NCBI GenBank assembly: GCA_963762565.1
Contig: CAVXLD010000013.1
Span: forward strand, 1 to 64,000
DNA length: 64,000 nt
Direction of reading: 5' to 3'
Source of the DNA: an uncultured Verrucomicrobiae bacterium
GTDB lineage: Bacteria > Verrucomicrobiota > Verrucomicrobiia > Chthoniobacterales > JAFAMB01
Position numbers and translations under genes: made by a program. Shown piece after piece: positions 29,728 through 40,114 of this stretch. Within the stretch, counting starts at the first letter, position 1, and each line of letters begins with the position of its first letter. Under the pieces are notes generated by a model. That model did not search any database and was not told the DNA's origin. It saw nothing but the letters and a program-made list of their open reading frames with translations.

Positions 29728-30432
29728 TCATTTCCCGAGGCTCTCGATCATCTGTTTAGCGAGCTTCGGCCCGATGCCGCTCTCTTCGTGCTTAAAGTAA
29801 ATAAACGTTTCTTTCCATTGGCTCTGTTTGTCCTCCACAAATTTCGCCCAACGGTCGATGTCTGCCGGTTGGTAATCCTCGCGTCTTAACCTGAGGTAGC
29901 CAAAATTCGCGGTCGTGACTTGGGGAGCAGCAAAGTCGCTGCTTTCCGCGATGCAGAGGGCGGCATTGTGCTTTTGCAAAAGAGCGAAAACGGAGTCATC
30001 AAACCAACTTTCATGGCGAAACTCGAAAGCGGCCTGGATGCTTTCAGGGAATGGACTTAGGAAGTCAGTGAGTAGCGCGATGTCCGCCTTAAACGTAGGG
30101 GGCAATTGAAACAAGATCGGGCCAAGTTTTGTCCCTAAGTCCGCGATGACACCAAAAAAATAGTTCAGCGTGTCCGCGCAATCTTTGAGTTTTGCCCAGT
30201 GGGTGATCTTCTGCGGAGCTTTTAAACCAAACTTAAACCTGTCCGTTGTGGCTTGGAACCAGGCTTCAATCGTTTTCGGATTGGGGATCCTGTGGAACGA
30301 ATAGTTAACCTCGGTCGTCCGAAATTGCTCTGCATAAAAGGAAAGCATTTTCGCAGTCGCCAATTTCTCGGGATAAAAGGTACCTCGCCAGGCGGGGTAT
30401 TGGTAACCGGATGTGCCGACGAATGGGTCCAT
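29728..30432 (-). CDS. DUF72 (YecE-like) protein
   Basis: VGTSGYQY..W.G.FYP, EVNYSF, KAPQKITH, LFQLPP, EFRHESW. Confidence 0.93.
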   Translation of the reverse strand: MDPFVGTSGYQYPAWRGTFYPEKLATAKMLSFYAEQFRTTEVNYSFHRIPNPKTIEAWFQATTDRFKFGLKAPQKITHWAKLKDCADTLNYFFGVIADLGTKLGPILFQLPPTFKADIALLTDFLSPFPESIQAAFEFRHESWFDDSVFALLQKHNAALCIAESSDFAAPQVTTANFGYLRLRREDYQPADIDRWAKFVEDKQSQWKETFIYFKHEESGIGPKLAKQMIESLGK

Positions 30433-30484
30433 GGAGGCATAATCAATGCCAACGTGTGGGCTAGATCAAGCATGGCGCTGCGCG

Positions 30485-30740
30485 AATAGCCGGGGGAAAA
30501 TAGCCGATAGCCGAACGACTTGTGGAGCGCGCCTCGCTTGCGAGGCCGTGGTGACCAGGGCAGACGGTAGTGCCCAGCCCCTCGGCGGACTACGCCCTTG
30601 TGCGTGATGAGGCAGGCTCTTGATACAGAGCGCAGACTGAAACAAGGCCGTGCATCCCGATGTTCCCTCGCTTTCCATCGGCGTCGCAAGCGAGGCAACG
30701 CTCCACGAAGCGTTCGCCTTGGCTATTGGCTATTCTCCGC
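30485..30740. repeat. Nested element: ATAGCCG 7-mer arms around a GTGGAGCG..GCCTCGCTTGCGAGGCCG doublet
   Basis: Inner arms at 30522-30548 and 30678-30707. Confidence 0.85.
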
Positions 30741-32714
30741 TACTCTCGATGCAAGCCGCCGTATCCCGTAATACATCGCGACGATCACGATCACAAATGC
30801 AAGGCCTCCCAGAATCATGGACGCGGTGGAGAAGCTATCGCCAACAACGGCGAGCGGGGTTTCCCGGTTACTGCCAACGATCAGTCCGGCGAGAAGGACT
30901 CCGCATAAGCTTTCACCGACGATTAATCCTGAGGCGAGCAGGACACCAAGCCGTTTCGCGATCGCTCCGTACGGTTTGTCTGCGACCCAGCGCTCGTAAA
31001 TCCAGCCCACGATCGCTCCTAGAACGATCGGCGTCGTGGTAGTGAGTGGGAGGTAAATTCCGATACCAGTCGATAATGGGGGCAGACGCAATTTGCCGGC
31101 CAAACCTAACGATTCATCGATTATGATCAACAAGACGCCGGCCAATGCACCGATTCCGATGAGTCCCCAGTCTAATCGGCCCTCTAAGACCCCTTTTGCT
31201 AACGTGGAGATTAGCGTGGCTTGGGGGGCAGGCAGCGGTTGCGAGCTTACCGCGGCTACGTGCGCCGCTCCGGCAAATCCGTAGGCTCGGTTGAGTAAGT
31301 CGAGGATCGGTGGAATCACCAGAGCGCCGGCTACGACACCCACGACCAATGATGCTTGTTGCCGCCAAGGGGTGGCGTTGACGAGTTGGCCTGTCTTCAG
31401 ATCTTGCAGGTTGTCGTTTGAGATAGTGGCCACGGAGAAAACAATGGCGGTTACAAACAACGAAAATGCGACCAAGGCAGATGAACCTGCTGACCCCCGC
31501 TCAACTTGGGCGACCAACATCATCACAAAAGAGGCGCCAATCACCGCCAAAATGCCCACTCCCGAAAGCGGACTGTTGGAGGAACCAATGAGGCCCGCCA
31601 TATAGCCGCAAATTGCTGCCACCAGGAATCCGACAACCACAACGTAAATCACACCGGCAACCGTTAGTGGAATCAATTTGTCCTGAAGGGGAGTTCCGGA
31701 AAGAAACCCAATGATCAGGATAATAATAGGCAACACTGCAATAAGACAAATCGCTGCCACTATCGTAATCGGGATGTCTCGATCGGTTCGTCGCAGCGGA
31801 CCTGTCGCGGATCGGGAATGTAATGCTTGTCTAAAGGCTGATAACAGGCCGAACCAGATCGGTTTCACCATTTTGGCCAATGCCCAGATCGCCGCAACGC
31901 CGATCGTCCCGGCGCCGATCAAGCGGACCTGAGTTTTCCAGACGGTGAGACCAACTTCTGCAGCGGACCCGGTGGCCGGATGGAGCGCGGTGAGAATGGG
32001 GGTCGCAATTCCCCAAGCGATCACCAAACCCACAAGTATAGCGAGTCCGACGGATAGACCCACCAAATGACCAACACCCAAAAGAGCAAACGATAACGAG
32101 CTTCCACAGCCGGTGGCGGCAGCTCCGATCCGAAAAAATGCGACCAATTGGTCGGCAAAAAGTCGCATGTTGACGATCAGGTAGAAACCGGCGGAGATCA
32201 GGGAACCACTAATGACGGACATCAATCCGGCCCGGGTCTCTTTCTCATTCCCCGAGCGACTTCCCGCACCGACCTTAAGTACTTCAGCGGCAGCGACACC
32301 TTCGGGATAGGGCAATGGCGAGTCCACGACCATCGCTCGGCGGAGCGGCACGGTGTACATCACTCCGAGGATGCCGCCGACCGCACAGATACCGAACGAG
32401 GTCCAGAAAGGAAAACCTGTCCACCAGCCAACCATCACGAGACCCGGCAAAACAAAAATGATCGACGAGAGTGTTCCCGCGGCAGACGCAACCGTCTGAA
32501 CGATGTTGTTTTCTTCGATCGTTGAGTTCTTGAAAAATCGAAGGACGGCCATGGAGATCACGGCCGCAGGAATCGATGAAGCGAATGTAAGCCCGACTTT
32601 GAGACCCAGATAGACATTTGCGGCTGTGAACACAAGCGTGATAGCGCAGCCTAAAATCAGGCCGCGAATCGTGAGTTCGACCGGCCGGTCGTTCTGAGGG
32701 ATGGTTTGGCCCAT
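30723..32714 (-). CDS. OPT-family oligopeptide transporter
   Basis: ELTIRG, NVYLGLKVG, ENNIVQT, LPYPEG, NDNLQDLKTG, LPAPQATL. Confidence 0.95.
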   Translation of the reverse strand: MGQTIPQNDRPVELTIRGLILGCAITLVFTAANVYLGLKVGLTFASSIPAAVISMAVLRFFKNSTIEENNIVQTVASAAGTLSSIIFVLPGLVMVGWWTGFPFWTSFGICAVGGILGVMYTVPLRRAMVVDSPLPYPEGVAAAEVLKVGAGSRSGNEKETRAGLMSVISGSLISAGFYLIVNMRLFADQLVAFFRIGAAATGCGSSLSFALLGVGHLVGLSVGLAILVGLVIAWGIATPILTALHPATGSAAEVGLTVWKTQVRLIGAGTIGVAAIWALAKMVKPIWFGLLSAFRQALHSRSATGPLRRTDRDIPITIVAAICLIAVLPIIILIIGFLSGTPLQDKLIPLTVAGVIYVVVVGFLVAAICGYMAGLIGSSNSPLSGVGILAVIGASFVMMLVAQVERGSAGSSALVAFSLFVTAIVFSVATISNDNLQDLKTGQLVNATPWRQQASLVVGVVAGALVIPPILDLLNRAYGFAGAAHVAAVSSQPLPAPQATLISTLAKGVLEGRLDWGLIGIGALAGVLLIIIDESLGLAGKLRLPPLSTGIGIYLPLTTTTPIVLGAIVGWIYERWVADKPYGAIAKRLGVLLASGLIVGESLCGVLLAGLIVGSNRETPLAVVGDSFSTASMILGGLAFVIVIVAMYYGIRRLASRVAENSQ

Positions 32715-32781
32715 CTGGCACAACTGCCGAAAATCAAGTGAGGAAGTAAAGGAAAATACGAGAGCAAATACCGAAATCGGT

Positions 32782-33250
32782 CTAGTCACCTGAACTGGCA
32801 CCGGCGATATTAGTCCAACGGTAGCACGCGACCCAGGTAAGGAAGAGTTGCACGACTATGGGAAACTCCTCCGGGAGGTCGATAACCATCTGCGTAAAAT
32901 CTAATCCGGGAGCTGCAACCAATAGGCTTTGCCAATGCCTGGTTGAACGGATAAAGCCGACGACGTTCTTGCCCTGATAAAGCCTGAATTCAATTTCGGA
33001 CCGGGACTTGGTACACTTCAATTTCCACTCACCACTAGCGTAGCTGAAAAGTCCCGCGTCGTTCCGAGGCCAGCAGAGTGTACCCGTCCCAAAGCTGCAA
33101 ATCGTGAACGAAAAATCCCTCCTTAGCGATACGGAATTCTTTATGCCCAAATGCAAAGGTCTGGGCGACATTTTTTAGGACCGGGTCCGGAGCGGTGGCG
33201 AGACTCAGTTGTAAGCTGGAACGATCGCCTGTTGCGGCTATGGTGGCCAT
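32782..33250 (-). pseudogene. Hypothetical protein split by a frameshift
   Basis: ORFs 33035-33250 and 32782-33171 join if one base of AAAA 33047-33050 is removed. Confidence 0.55.
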
Positions 33251-33407
33251 TCGTTTCGCTATTGAAATGGAAATCTCAGATTATCAGGAACTTCCGTAAC
33301 CGTACAGAAGTTCCTGGCGACCCATTCCAGGGAGTAAGCGGCAAGGAACGCCCCACAGTTGTCCGCTCTCCTTGAACTCCTCGAAGCCCAAAAGTATCAA
33401 TAGTCCT

Positions 33408-34592
33408 ATGCTTGACGGCTTCGAATCCCACCTGAATGAGCAAATCAGTTCAATTCGCACTCAAGGGCTTTATAAGAGAGAGCGATTCCTAAGTACTCCG
33501 CAACGCGCTCATATCGGGACGAGCGATGGGCGTGATGTTCTAAATCTCTGTGCGAACAATTACCTGGGGCTGGCGGATCATCCCGAGGTGATTCAGGCAG
33601 CCAAAGAAGCACTGGATCGTTGGGGGTTCGGCTTGGCTTCCGTCCGATTTATCTGTGGCACCCAGGAGATCCATAAGGAACTCGAGGCAGCGCTCTCTCG
33701 TTTTCACGGCACAGATGATACAATTCTCTACGGGAGCTGTTTTGACGCCAATGGTGGTCTTTTTGAAACGTTGCTTGGCGCTGAGGACGCGGTAATCAGC
33801 GACAAACTGAATCATGCTTCCATCATCGATGGTATCCGTCTCTGCAAAGCCCAGCGGTTTCGTTATGAGCACAACGACATGGCGGATCTGGAGGCCAAGC
33901 TGGTTGAGGCTAAGACAGCCCGTTTCCGGTTGATCGCGACAGACGGCGTATTTTCGATGGATGGCACCATCGCCAATCTCGGCGGTGTTTGCGATCTAGC
34001 GGAGCGATACCAGGCGTTAGTGATGGTTGATGAATGTCATGCCGCCGGCTTTTTGGGAAAGACCGGTCGCGGGACGCCTGAACACTGCGGGGTTGAAGGC
34101 AGAGTTGATATCATTACCGGGACTTTGGGAAAAGCTTTGGGGGGTGGCAGCGGCGGGTATACCACCGGGCGGAAAGCGATCGTGGAATTGCTGCGACAAC
34201 GTTCGAGGCCTTATCTGTTTTCCAACAGCATCACACCCAGTATCGTGGCGGCCTCTGTGAAGGCGATCGACATCGTTACTCGTTCGACGGAGCTGCGAGA
34301 TCGTTTGGAGAATAGCACCCAGTTTTTCCGGAATGGATTGACCGAACACGGGCTAACGATCCGCCCGGGGCAACATCCGATTGTGCCTGTGATGATCGGC
34401 GAAGCTGCGCTTGCCCAGAAGGTCGCCGATCGGTTGCTCGAACTTGGCCTGTACGTGATCGGATTCTTTTATCCGGTCGTACCGCAGGGTACCGCTCGGA
34501 TTCGGACCCAAGTCTCGGCTGCTCACACCAAGGATGATCTCCAGTTTGCCGTTGATTGTTTCGCCAAAGCGAAAGCGGAATTCGGGCTGTAG
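33408..34592 (+). CDS. kbl: Glycine C-acetyltransferase (2-amino-3-ketobutyrate CoA ligase)
   Basis: [46 protein letters not shown]. Confidence 0.95.
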   Translation: MLDGFESHLNEQISSIRTQGLYKRERFLSTPQRAHIGTSDGRDVLNLCANNYLGLADHPEVIQAAKEALDRWGFGLASVRFICGTQEIHKELEAALSRFHGTDDTILYGSCFDANGGLFETLLGAEDAVISDKLNHASIIDGIRLCKAQRFRYEHNDMADLEAKLVEAKTARFRLIATDGVFSMDGTIANLGGVCDLAERYQALVMVDECHAAGFLGKTGRGTPEHCGVEGRVDIITGTLGKALGGGSGGYTTGRKAIVELLRQRSRPYLFSNSITPSIVAASVKAIDIVTRSTELRDRLENSTQFFRNGLTEHGLTIRPGQHPIVPVMIGEAALAQKVADRLLELGLYVIGFFYPVVPQGTARIRTQVSAAHTKDDLQFAVDCFAKAKAEFGL

Positions 34593-34596
34593 GTAG

Positions 34597-34704
34597 TTGG
34601 TAGGGCGAGGCTCGGCAGCACTTAGGTGTTGCATCGCATAGACCAACGCGACGTCATTTGCTCTGATGCCCGCTCTCGGTCGTCCCGGAGCCTCGCCCTA
34701 CCAA
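34597..34704. repeat. REP-like doublet with perfect 17-bp arms
   Basis: TTGGTAGGGCGAGGCTC / GAGCCTCGCCCTACCAA. Confidence 0.9.
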
Positions 34705-34711
34705 TGTCTTT

Positions 34712-36595
34712 TCACTTTTCACCTTTCACCTTTTCCTTACCGTCTGGCATCTCTGCCGCCTTGGGCCGCTCCCAGGCCAAATCCTCAGGACGAGGCGTGG
34801 CCCGTTGTCGTTCTGTTTCGAACAATTCGTCGAGGGTCTTTACTCGCTTCCGCACCTCACCGATAAAATCCTTTTGGTCAGTACCAAAGTACTCCGCGAG
34901 TTGCTGAACCGTCTCTTCATCGTATTCCTTGAAAGTATGGGCGGCTCGATAAGCCCGGTAGGCGCCGAACCCGAGGACGCGCAGTGCCTGAGCACCCATC
35001 TCGAGCGACGATTCCAGCGTCTCGCGAAAGATATTCTTCACGCCCATCTTAATTAATCGGTAGGCATGCTCACGATCTTGTGCTCGCACTAACAGAGTCA
35101 AATTCGGGAAATGTTTTTGGGCCAGCTCCACTAAACGAAGCGAACCCTCGACATCGTTAATCGCGACCACCAATAACTTGGCTTGAGCAGCCCCGGCAGC
35201 GGCCAGCATCTCATGCCTGGTCGCGTCTCCGTAGAATACTTTGAACCCGATCTTTCGAATTAGATCAACTTGTTCCGGATCAAAATCGAGCACGGTGGTT
35301 TTGATGTTCTGGGTATTCAGTAGTCGGCCAACCACGACGCCGTAGCGGCCAACTCCAGCGATAATCACCGGATTCGTAGTCTCATCGATTTCGTCGGGTT
35401 GCCGCTGGCGTAACCGGCTGGAGAACCGAGGTTGGATCCAGAATTCGTTGATCGTGAAGAGGAACGGCGCCGCTACCATCGACAAAGCAACCACCGCAAT
35501 TAACCGGTCACCGATCGCTTGACCAAATACTTGGTTCTGTACCGCGAATGCGACTAACACGAAAGCGAATTCCCCTCCCTGAGCTAAGGCCAAGGAGAAG
35601 GTGAAGTTTTGGCTGTTCTCCAAACGAGAAATTTTTCCGATCCCGTATAACACGGCCGCTTTCACCAGTAGAAGCCCGATAACCAGGCCGGCCATCAAAA
35701 GCGGTTCCGATCGGAGTAACGAAAGGTCAATACTGGCGCCGACCGATACGAAGAACAAACCGAGCAGTAACCCTTTAAATGGCTCAATGTCGGCCTCGAG
35801 TTCATGACGGTACTCACTCTCGGCCAACACCACTCCCGCGAGAAAGGTGCCCAGCGCCGGCGAGAGTCCTACTACCTGCATGGCCAGAGCAATACCGACT
35901 ACTAAGAGTAGAGCGGCTGCGGTGAAGACTTCGTGGAGTCGGGTAAGCGCCAAAAAATGAAACGCAGGACGAACCAAGAAACGACCGCCGATGATAATCG
36001 CACCGACTGTAACCAGAACCAACAAGGCTTGAGACCAAGTGTTTGCATGGGTTGTCGCGCTCGCTGCTGGATGGGTGGCTGCCAAAAAAGGCATCACGGC
36101 GAGGATCGGTATTACTGCCAGGTCTTGGAATAACAGAACCGCAACCGAGCTCTGCCCACCCTTGGTGTTCAACCAACCCTTCTCGGAGAGAGATTGAACG
36201 GCGATGGCAGTGGACGAATCGGAAAGGATGAGTCCGACCGCGATGGCTGGACCAATCCCAAGATGGAAGCAGAGAGTAAGCGCTGCGCACACGAGTGCAG
36301 TCAAACCGACTTGCAAAGCTCCTGACCCAAAAATCGGCCCACGAAGGCGCCACAAAAGGCTAGGCCGTAATTCCAGCCCCACGAGAAAGAGCATCATTAC
36401 GACTCCGAACTGAGCCACGTTCATGACGCCGCCGCGAGCATCTCCGATAAATCCGAAAACGTGAGGCCCTATGATGACCCCGGCCAGCAAATAGCCCAGC
36501 ACGGATCCCAGGCCTAGCCTTTTTGCGATGGGAACCGACACGACGGCGGCTCCGAGATAGATGAACGCTTGAAAAAGAAAATCGGAAGACTCCAT
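34712..36595 (-). CDS. kefC: KefB/KefC-family K+/H+ antiporter (CPA2)
   Basis: LGSVLGYLLAG, LLFQD, ESEYRHELEADIEPFKGLLLG, KTN domain with YGDATR. Confidence 0.9.
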   Translation of the reverse strand: MESSDFLFQAFIYLGAAVVSVPIAKRLGLGSVLGYLLAGVIIGPHVFGFIGDARGGVMNVAQFGVVMMLFLVGLELRPSLLWRLRGPIFGSGALQVGLTALVCAALTLCFHLGIGPAIAVGLILSDSSTAIAVQSLSEKGWLNTKGGQSSVAVLLFQDLAVIPILAVMPFLAATHPAASATTHANTWSQALLVLVTVGAIIIGGRFLVRPAFHFLALTRLHEVFTAAALLLVVGIALAMQVVGLSPALGTFLAGVVLAESEYRHELEADIEPFKGLLLGLFFVSVGASIDLSLLRSEPLLMAGLVIGLLLVKAAVLYGIGKISRLENSQNFTFSLALAQGGEFAFVLVAFAVQNQVFGQAIGDRLIAVVALSMVAAPFLFTINEFWIQPRFSSRLRQRQPDEIDETTNPVIIAGVGRYGVVVGRLLNTQNIKTTVLDFDPEQVDLIRKIGFKVFYGDATRHEMLAAAGAAQAKLLVVAINDVEGSLRLVELAQKHFPNLTLLVRAQDREHAYRLIKMGVKNIFRETLESSLEMGAQALRVLGFGAYRAYRAAHTFKEYDEETVQQLAEYFGTDQKDFIGEVRKRVKTLDELFETERQRATPRPEDLAWERPKAAEMPDGKEKVKGEK

Positions 36596-36601
36596 TGAAA
36601 A

Positions 36602-37219
36602 TTAGGCTGTGGGTAGGAGAGCGACTGCTTTGTTTAGCGTGTCCAATTTCATGATCTCTGATAGATCTACCGTGTTATCGCGCAGGGCCTCGAGTGCCCG
36701 GCGGTAACTTGAGGCGTAGGCCGTGAGCTCGTTTTCGTCCTCCATCCAAAGCACGCCGGGTACCACAAAGGGTGGAAGGTAAGTCATGCCGCAAAGCCGG
36801 GCGGTTTGTTCAAAGGGCGCCAGCAGTTCACGCACGGTAAAATAGTTATACCCACTGCGTTGATAGGCACTAAACGGCCCGCCAGTTGAAATCGCGGTTA
36901 GGAATAGTTTTCCATGAAGCCGGGTACCGCTTTTTCCGTAAGCGAAGCCGTATTCAAGCACCAAATCCTGCCACTGCTTCAGAATTGCCGGAGAACTGTA
37001 CCAATAAAACGGGTGCTGAAAGATAATGACATCATGCTCAAGCAACAGCGCCTGTTCCCGCGCGATATTGATGTGGAATTTTGGATACCACTCATAGAGA
37101 TCGTTCACGGTTATTCCGGGCAGAGATCGAACGTACGACAATAAAACTTGGTTAACGCGTGACTTATGAATAGCGGGGTGGGCGAAGAGGATTAGGAGAC
37201 GACGTGAAGGCGGGGTCAT
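36602..37219 (-). CDS. kefG: KefF/KefG-family flavodoxin-like ancillary protein
   Basis: LFAHP, SRVN, FQHPFYWYSSPAILKQWQD; upstream of the kefC-like gene. Confidence 0.88.
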   Translation of the reverse strand: MTPPSRRLLILFAHPAIHKSRVNQVLLSYVRSLPGITVNDLYEWYPKFHINIAREQALLLEHDVIIFQHPFYWYSSPAILKQWQDLVLEYGFAYGKSGTRLHGKLFLTAISTGGPFSAYQRSGYNYFTVRELLAPFEQTARLCGMTYLPPFVVPGVLWMEDENELTAYASSYRRALEALRDNTVDLSEIMKLDTLNKAVALLPTA

Positions 37220-37343
37220 GGGAATGGCGTCAATGCCTATATTTTCCAGAAAAATTTAAACTTGTCATAAATCAAAACTTGCGTCAGTTAGCCGTAGAAA
37301 TTCGGTTAAAGCCGAATTAGATTGGTAGACCCTCATGGAGGTT

Positions 37344-37469
37344 ATGAAAACGAAAACGTTATCGGATTATCCGCTGTTGATCGGTGAACTTTTGCGACGA
37401 TCGGAAGTTCGTCGACGGAAAAGAGAGCGTCGGAGGCATTTTTGGTCTTCGGTTAGGCTGACGAAGTAA
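37344..37469 (+). CDS. Putative 41-aa Arg-rich small protein
   Basis: GGAGG just upstream; MKTKTLSDYPLLIGELLRRSEVRRRKRERRRHFWSSVRLTK. Confidence 0.4.
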   Translation: MKTKTLSDYPLLIGELLRRSEVRRRKRERRRHFWSSVRLTK

Positions 37470-37543
37470 GTGACTTATTTCAGGGTGTATGCTTTCGCGT
37501 TGTCCGGCGAAAGCAGTACACCGTCCTCCGCCACTCGGCGGTG

Positions 37544-37603
37544 CAGTACTCCAACCCTCCCACACTCCGCGTCGCCGGATTCGAGGACGAGGACGAGAAC
37601 GAA
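37544..37603. repeat. 8-mer (ACTCCA-type) plus GAGGAC 6-mer composite repeat
   Basis: Inverse copy at 46294-46374; related to 54441-54505. Confidence 0.8.
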
Positions 37604-37646
37604 CCACCTGGTGAGCGCCTGCCCGCCCGCTGGAAGCACTCATTGG

Positions 37647-38816
37647 TTATCCGTCGTGCAAGGCGTTGATGGCTTCGCGAAGGTCCACAACATCTTGCAT
37701 CTGATGCGCCGCTGACAGCGTTACGCGGAGTCTGGCCGAACCCCTGGGCACGGTTGGGAACCGTACGGCTGGGACCAGGAAGCCTCGTTCTGCCAGCTGT
37801 TCTGAAAGAGAAAGGGCTTGTTCTTCCAAGCCCACAACTATGGGGACGATCGCTGATCGGGTAGCTTCCGGACTGGATTGGTTAAGGTTAGCCGTTAGCT
37901 CTGCGTGATTACGCCAGAGCGCCTTCCTTAATTGGTCGCCGTTCTCGGAAGCAATGATGCCTAACCCCACAATCGCGGCAGCAATAGCGGCCGGCGGAGG
38001 AGCTGTTGAATAAATAAAAGTCCGGGCGCGATTGATGAGGACATCAATTAAATCTGCGGGACCAGCAATGAATCCCCCGCTGGATCCAACCGCCTTGCTG
38101 AGTGTGCCGAGATGAATGTCGACGCGGCCGATCAAGCCACATGCGGCAGCTAAGCCAGCCCCATTTGGACCAATAACACCGGTTGCGTGTGCCTCATCGA
38201 GAAGCAGCCCAGCCCCGAATTCATCCTTCAGGTCGACGATCTCGGTTAGAGGGCAAGAGTCGCCATCCATGCTAAAAATGGACTCTGTGACAATGAGAAC
38301 TTTGGCCCCGCTTCTTTTCTGGCGAGCCCAGTTCAATAACTCCTCCAAGCGCTCCAGCCGGTTATGAGGATAGACGCGAATCTCCGCGCCGCTCAACCTG
38401 GCGCCGTCGATTAATGAGGCATGCGCCAGCTTGTCTAAGATGATCACATCGCCCTGGCCAAAAAGGGCGGGAATGGTACCCAACGCTGCGGCATATCCGC
38501 TTTCAAACGTAAGGGCCGCCGGGGTCTGTTTGAAGCTAGCCAGCCTTGTTTCCAGTTCTGAATGAATGGCCAGGGTGCCGGTGAGCAAACGTGATGCACC
38601 GGTGCCGGCGCCAAACCGTTGGGCGGCTTCGGCCGCCGCCATCTTGAGCTTCGGATGTTCAGTAAGTCCCAAATAATCGTTGGAGGCGAAGTTCACTAGC
38701 GACCTGCCTGCGCGACTAACGCGGGTCCCATCGACTTCGTCGATGGTCCGCAACCGCCTGTACAGCGCTCGTTGCTTCAGATCGGCGATGAGTTCTGAGT
38801 AAGAATAGGAGTTCAA
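37647..38816 (-). CDS. bioF: 8-amino-7-oxononanoate synthase
   Basis: NFASNDYLGL, GTGASRL, HASLIDG, ESIFSMDGD, DEAHA, GTLSKA; TTG start assumed. Confidence 0.92.
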   Translation of the reverse strand: MNSYSYSELIADLKQRALYRRLRTIDEVDGTRVSRAGRSLVNFASNDYLGLTEHPKLKMAAAEAAQRFGAGTGASRLLTGTLAIHSELETRLASFKQTPAALTFESGYAAALGTIPALFGQGDVIILDKLAHASLIDGARLSGAEIRVYPHNRLERLEELLNWARQKRSGAKVLIVTESIFSMDGDSCPLTEIVDLKDEFGAGLLLDEAHATGVIGPNGAGLAAACGLIGRVDIHLGTLSKAVGSSGGFIAGPADLIDVLINRARTFIYSTAPPPAAIAAAIVGLGIIASENGDQLRKALWRNHAELTANLNQSSPEATRSAIVPIVVGLEEQALSLSEQLAERGFLVPAVRFPTVPRGSARLRVTLSAAHQMQDVVDLREAINALHDG

Positions 38817-39027
38817 TTGGTAGGGCGAGGCTCCCGAATGACCCGAAATTTTCGCAGGTGATGGGATGTCGCACCAGAATAGCATACGTTACCCGACAGA
38901 GCGTGCCGAGCCGTGGTCCGCGCAAGGTGACGGCTCGGCACGTTCATTGGCGCAGCCAGGCGAAAGTTCGTCATAATCAATTCTCCCTGCGCCGAACGTA
39001 ACGTCGTTCGGGAGCCTCGCCCTGCCA
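38817..39027. repeat. REP-like doublet with cargo
   Basis: TGGTAGGGCGAGGCTCCCGAA / TTCGGGAGCCTCGCCCTGCCA. Confidence 0.88.
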
Positions 39028-39031
39028 TCAA

Positions 39032-39754
39032 CTACGGCGTAACTGGCGTCTGCTTCAAGAGGTGATCCATGTCTGGATCGGCGTGTGCGCCCAGTTGGAG
39101 GGCGCGATAGTAGTGGCGGCGAGCTAACTCGATGGCAGGAGGCTTGCGCTCGGTGTAGACCATTGCCAGATTAAAATGAGCCTCGGCATAATCCTCGTCC
39201 AGTTCAACGGCCTTACGGAGCTGGTCCTCAGCTGCATCTAACCACCCCCGCTTACGCGCCAATACTCCGAGATACATGTGAGCATGTGCGTTATCGGGTT
39301 CGAGATAGATCGCCTGGCTGAGTGCCGCCAGGCTGGCATCCAATTCGCCTTTTCGGAAGGCAATAATCCCGAGAGTCAGCCATGCCTGCGTCACGTCCGG
39401 ATCCAGGTGGACGGCTTTGCGCAAATGTTCTTCTGCTTTGTCAAGTTCATCCAGGCGATACTCAGCAGAGCCAAGATTAATCCAGCCTCCAGAATAATTG
39501 GGCAAAAGCTCGGTTACTCGAGCAAACGCTGTCTTTGCTTCTTGAAATTGGCCTGCCTGAAATTTGGCTAAACCGCTTTCGAAAGCCTGGTGTACTTCCG
39601 GCTCCATCACGGGGGCGTTGGTTTGGTCGCTTCGGCCAGCCAGAGGGCAAAGAAAAATGGCGGTTATTCCTGCCGCCAGCGAGAAGCGATAGCAGGAACG
39701 CTTTCTTCGGGGAAGGCCAGGCTGTTTTATGCTCATCGAGGTGAGGACACCCAT
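39032..39754 (-). CDS. Exported TPR-repeat protein
   Basis: Several TPR units (GWINLG, AWLTLG, AHMYLG, AHFNLA). Confidence 0.88.
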   Translation of the reverse strand: MGVLTSMSIKQPGLPRRKRSCYRFSLAAGITAIFLCPLAGRSDQTNAPVMEPEVHQAFESGLAKFQAGQFQEAKTAFARVTELLPNYSGGWINLGSAEYRLDELDKAEEHLRKAVHLDPDVTQAWLTLGIIAFRKGELDASLAALSQAIYLEPDNAHAHMYLGVLARKRGWLDAAEDQLRKAVELDEDYAEAHFNLAMVYTERKPPAIELARRHYYRALQLGAHADPDMDHLLKQTPVTP

Positions 39755-39805
39755 TTAGCGCCTAGTTTTGACACCCGTCCAGCAAAGTCGTTCATCTGGG
39801 GCGCC

Positions 39806-40090
39806 TGGAGGGGAGCCGCTTTGGCGCCCGGCATAGAAACCTCACAACCTTCCTCACAGCGCGGCTGCCGCCAAGATACTTCTTTAACAAGCGGCTCCCG
39901 CGAATCACCCATCGTATTTTTTTGCCCACGCCTCCGTCGTTAATGGACGTTGATAAGCGTATCGGCAATAGACCCTGCGACGCGCTGGGTCATTCCCGGG
40001 AGCCGCCTGTTTAGTACGATTTGAGAACGCACGCCCGCTGGAATGAATCGAGCGGGGCCCTTGGGTTTCGCGCCAAGCGGCTCCCCTCCA
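39806..40090. repeat. Four-block GGGAGCCGC scaffold element, copy 2
   Basis: Inverted homolog of 28507-28755. Confidence 0.9.
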
Positions 40091-40114
40091 GGTTGTTCGG
40101 CGTTGTCGGCGTTC

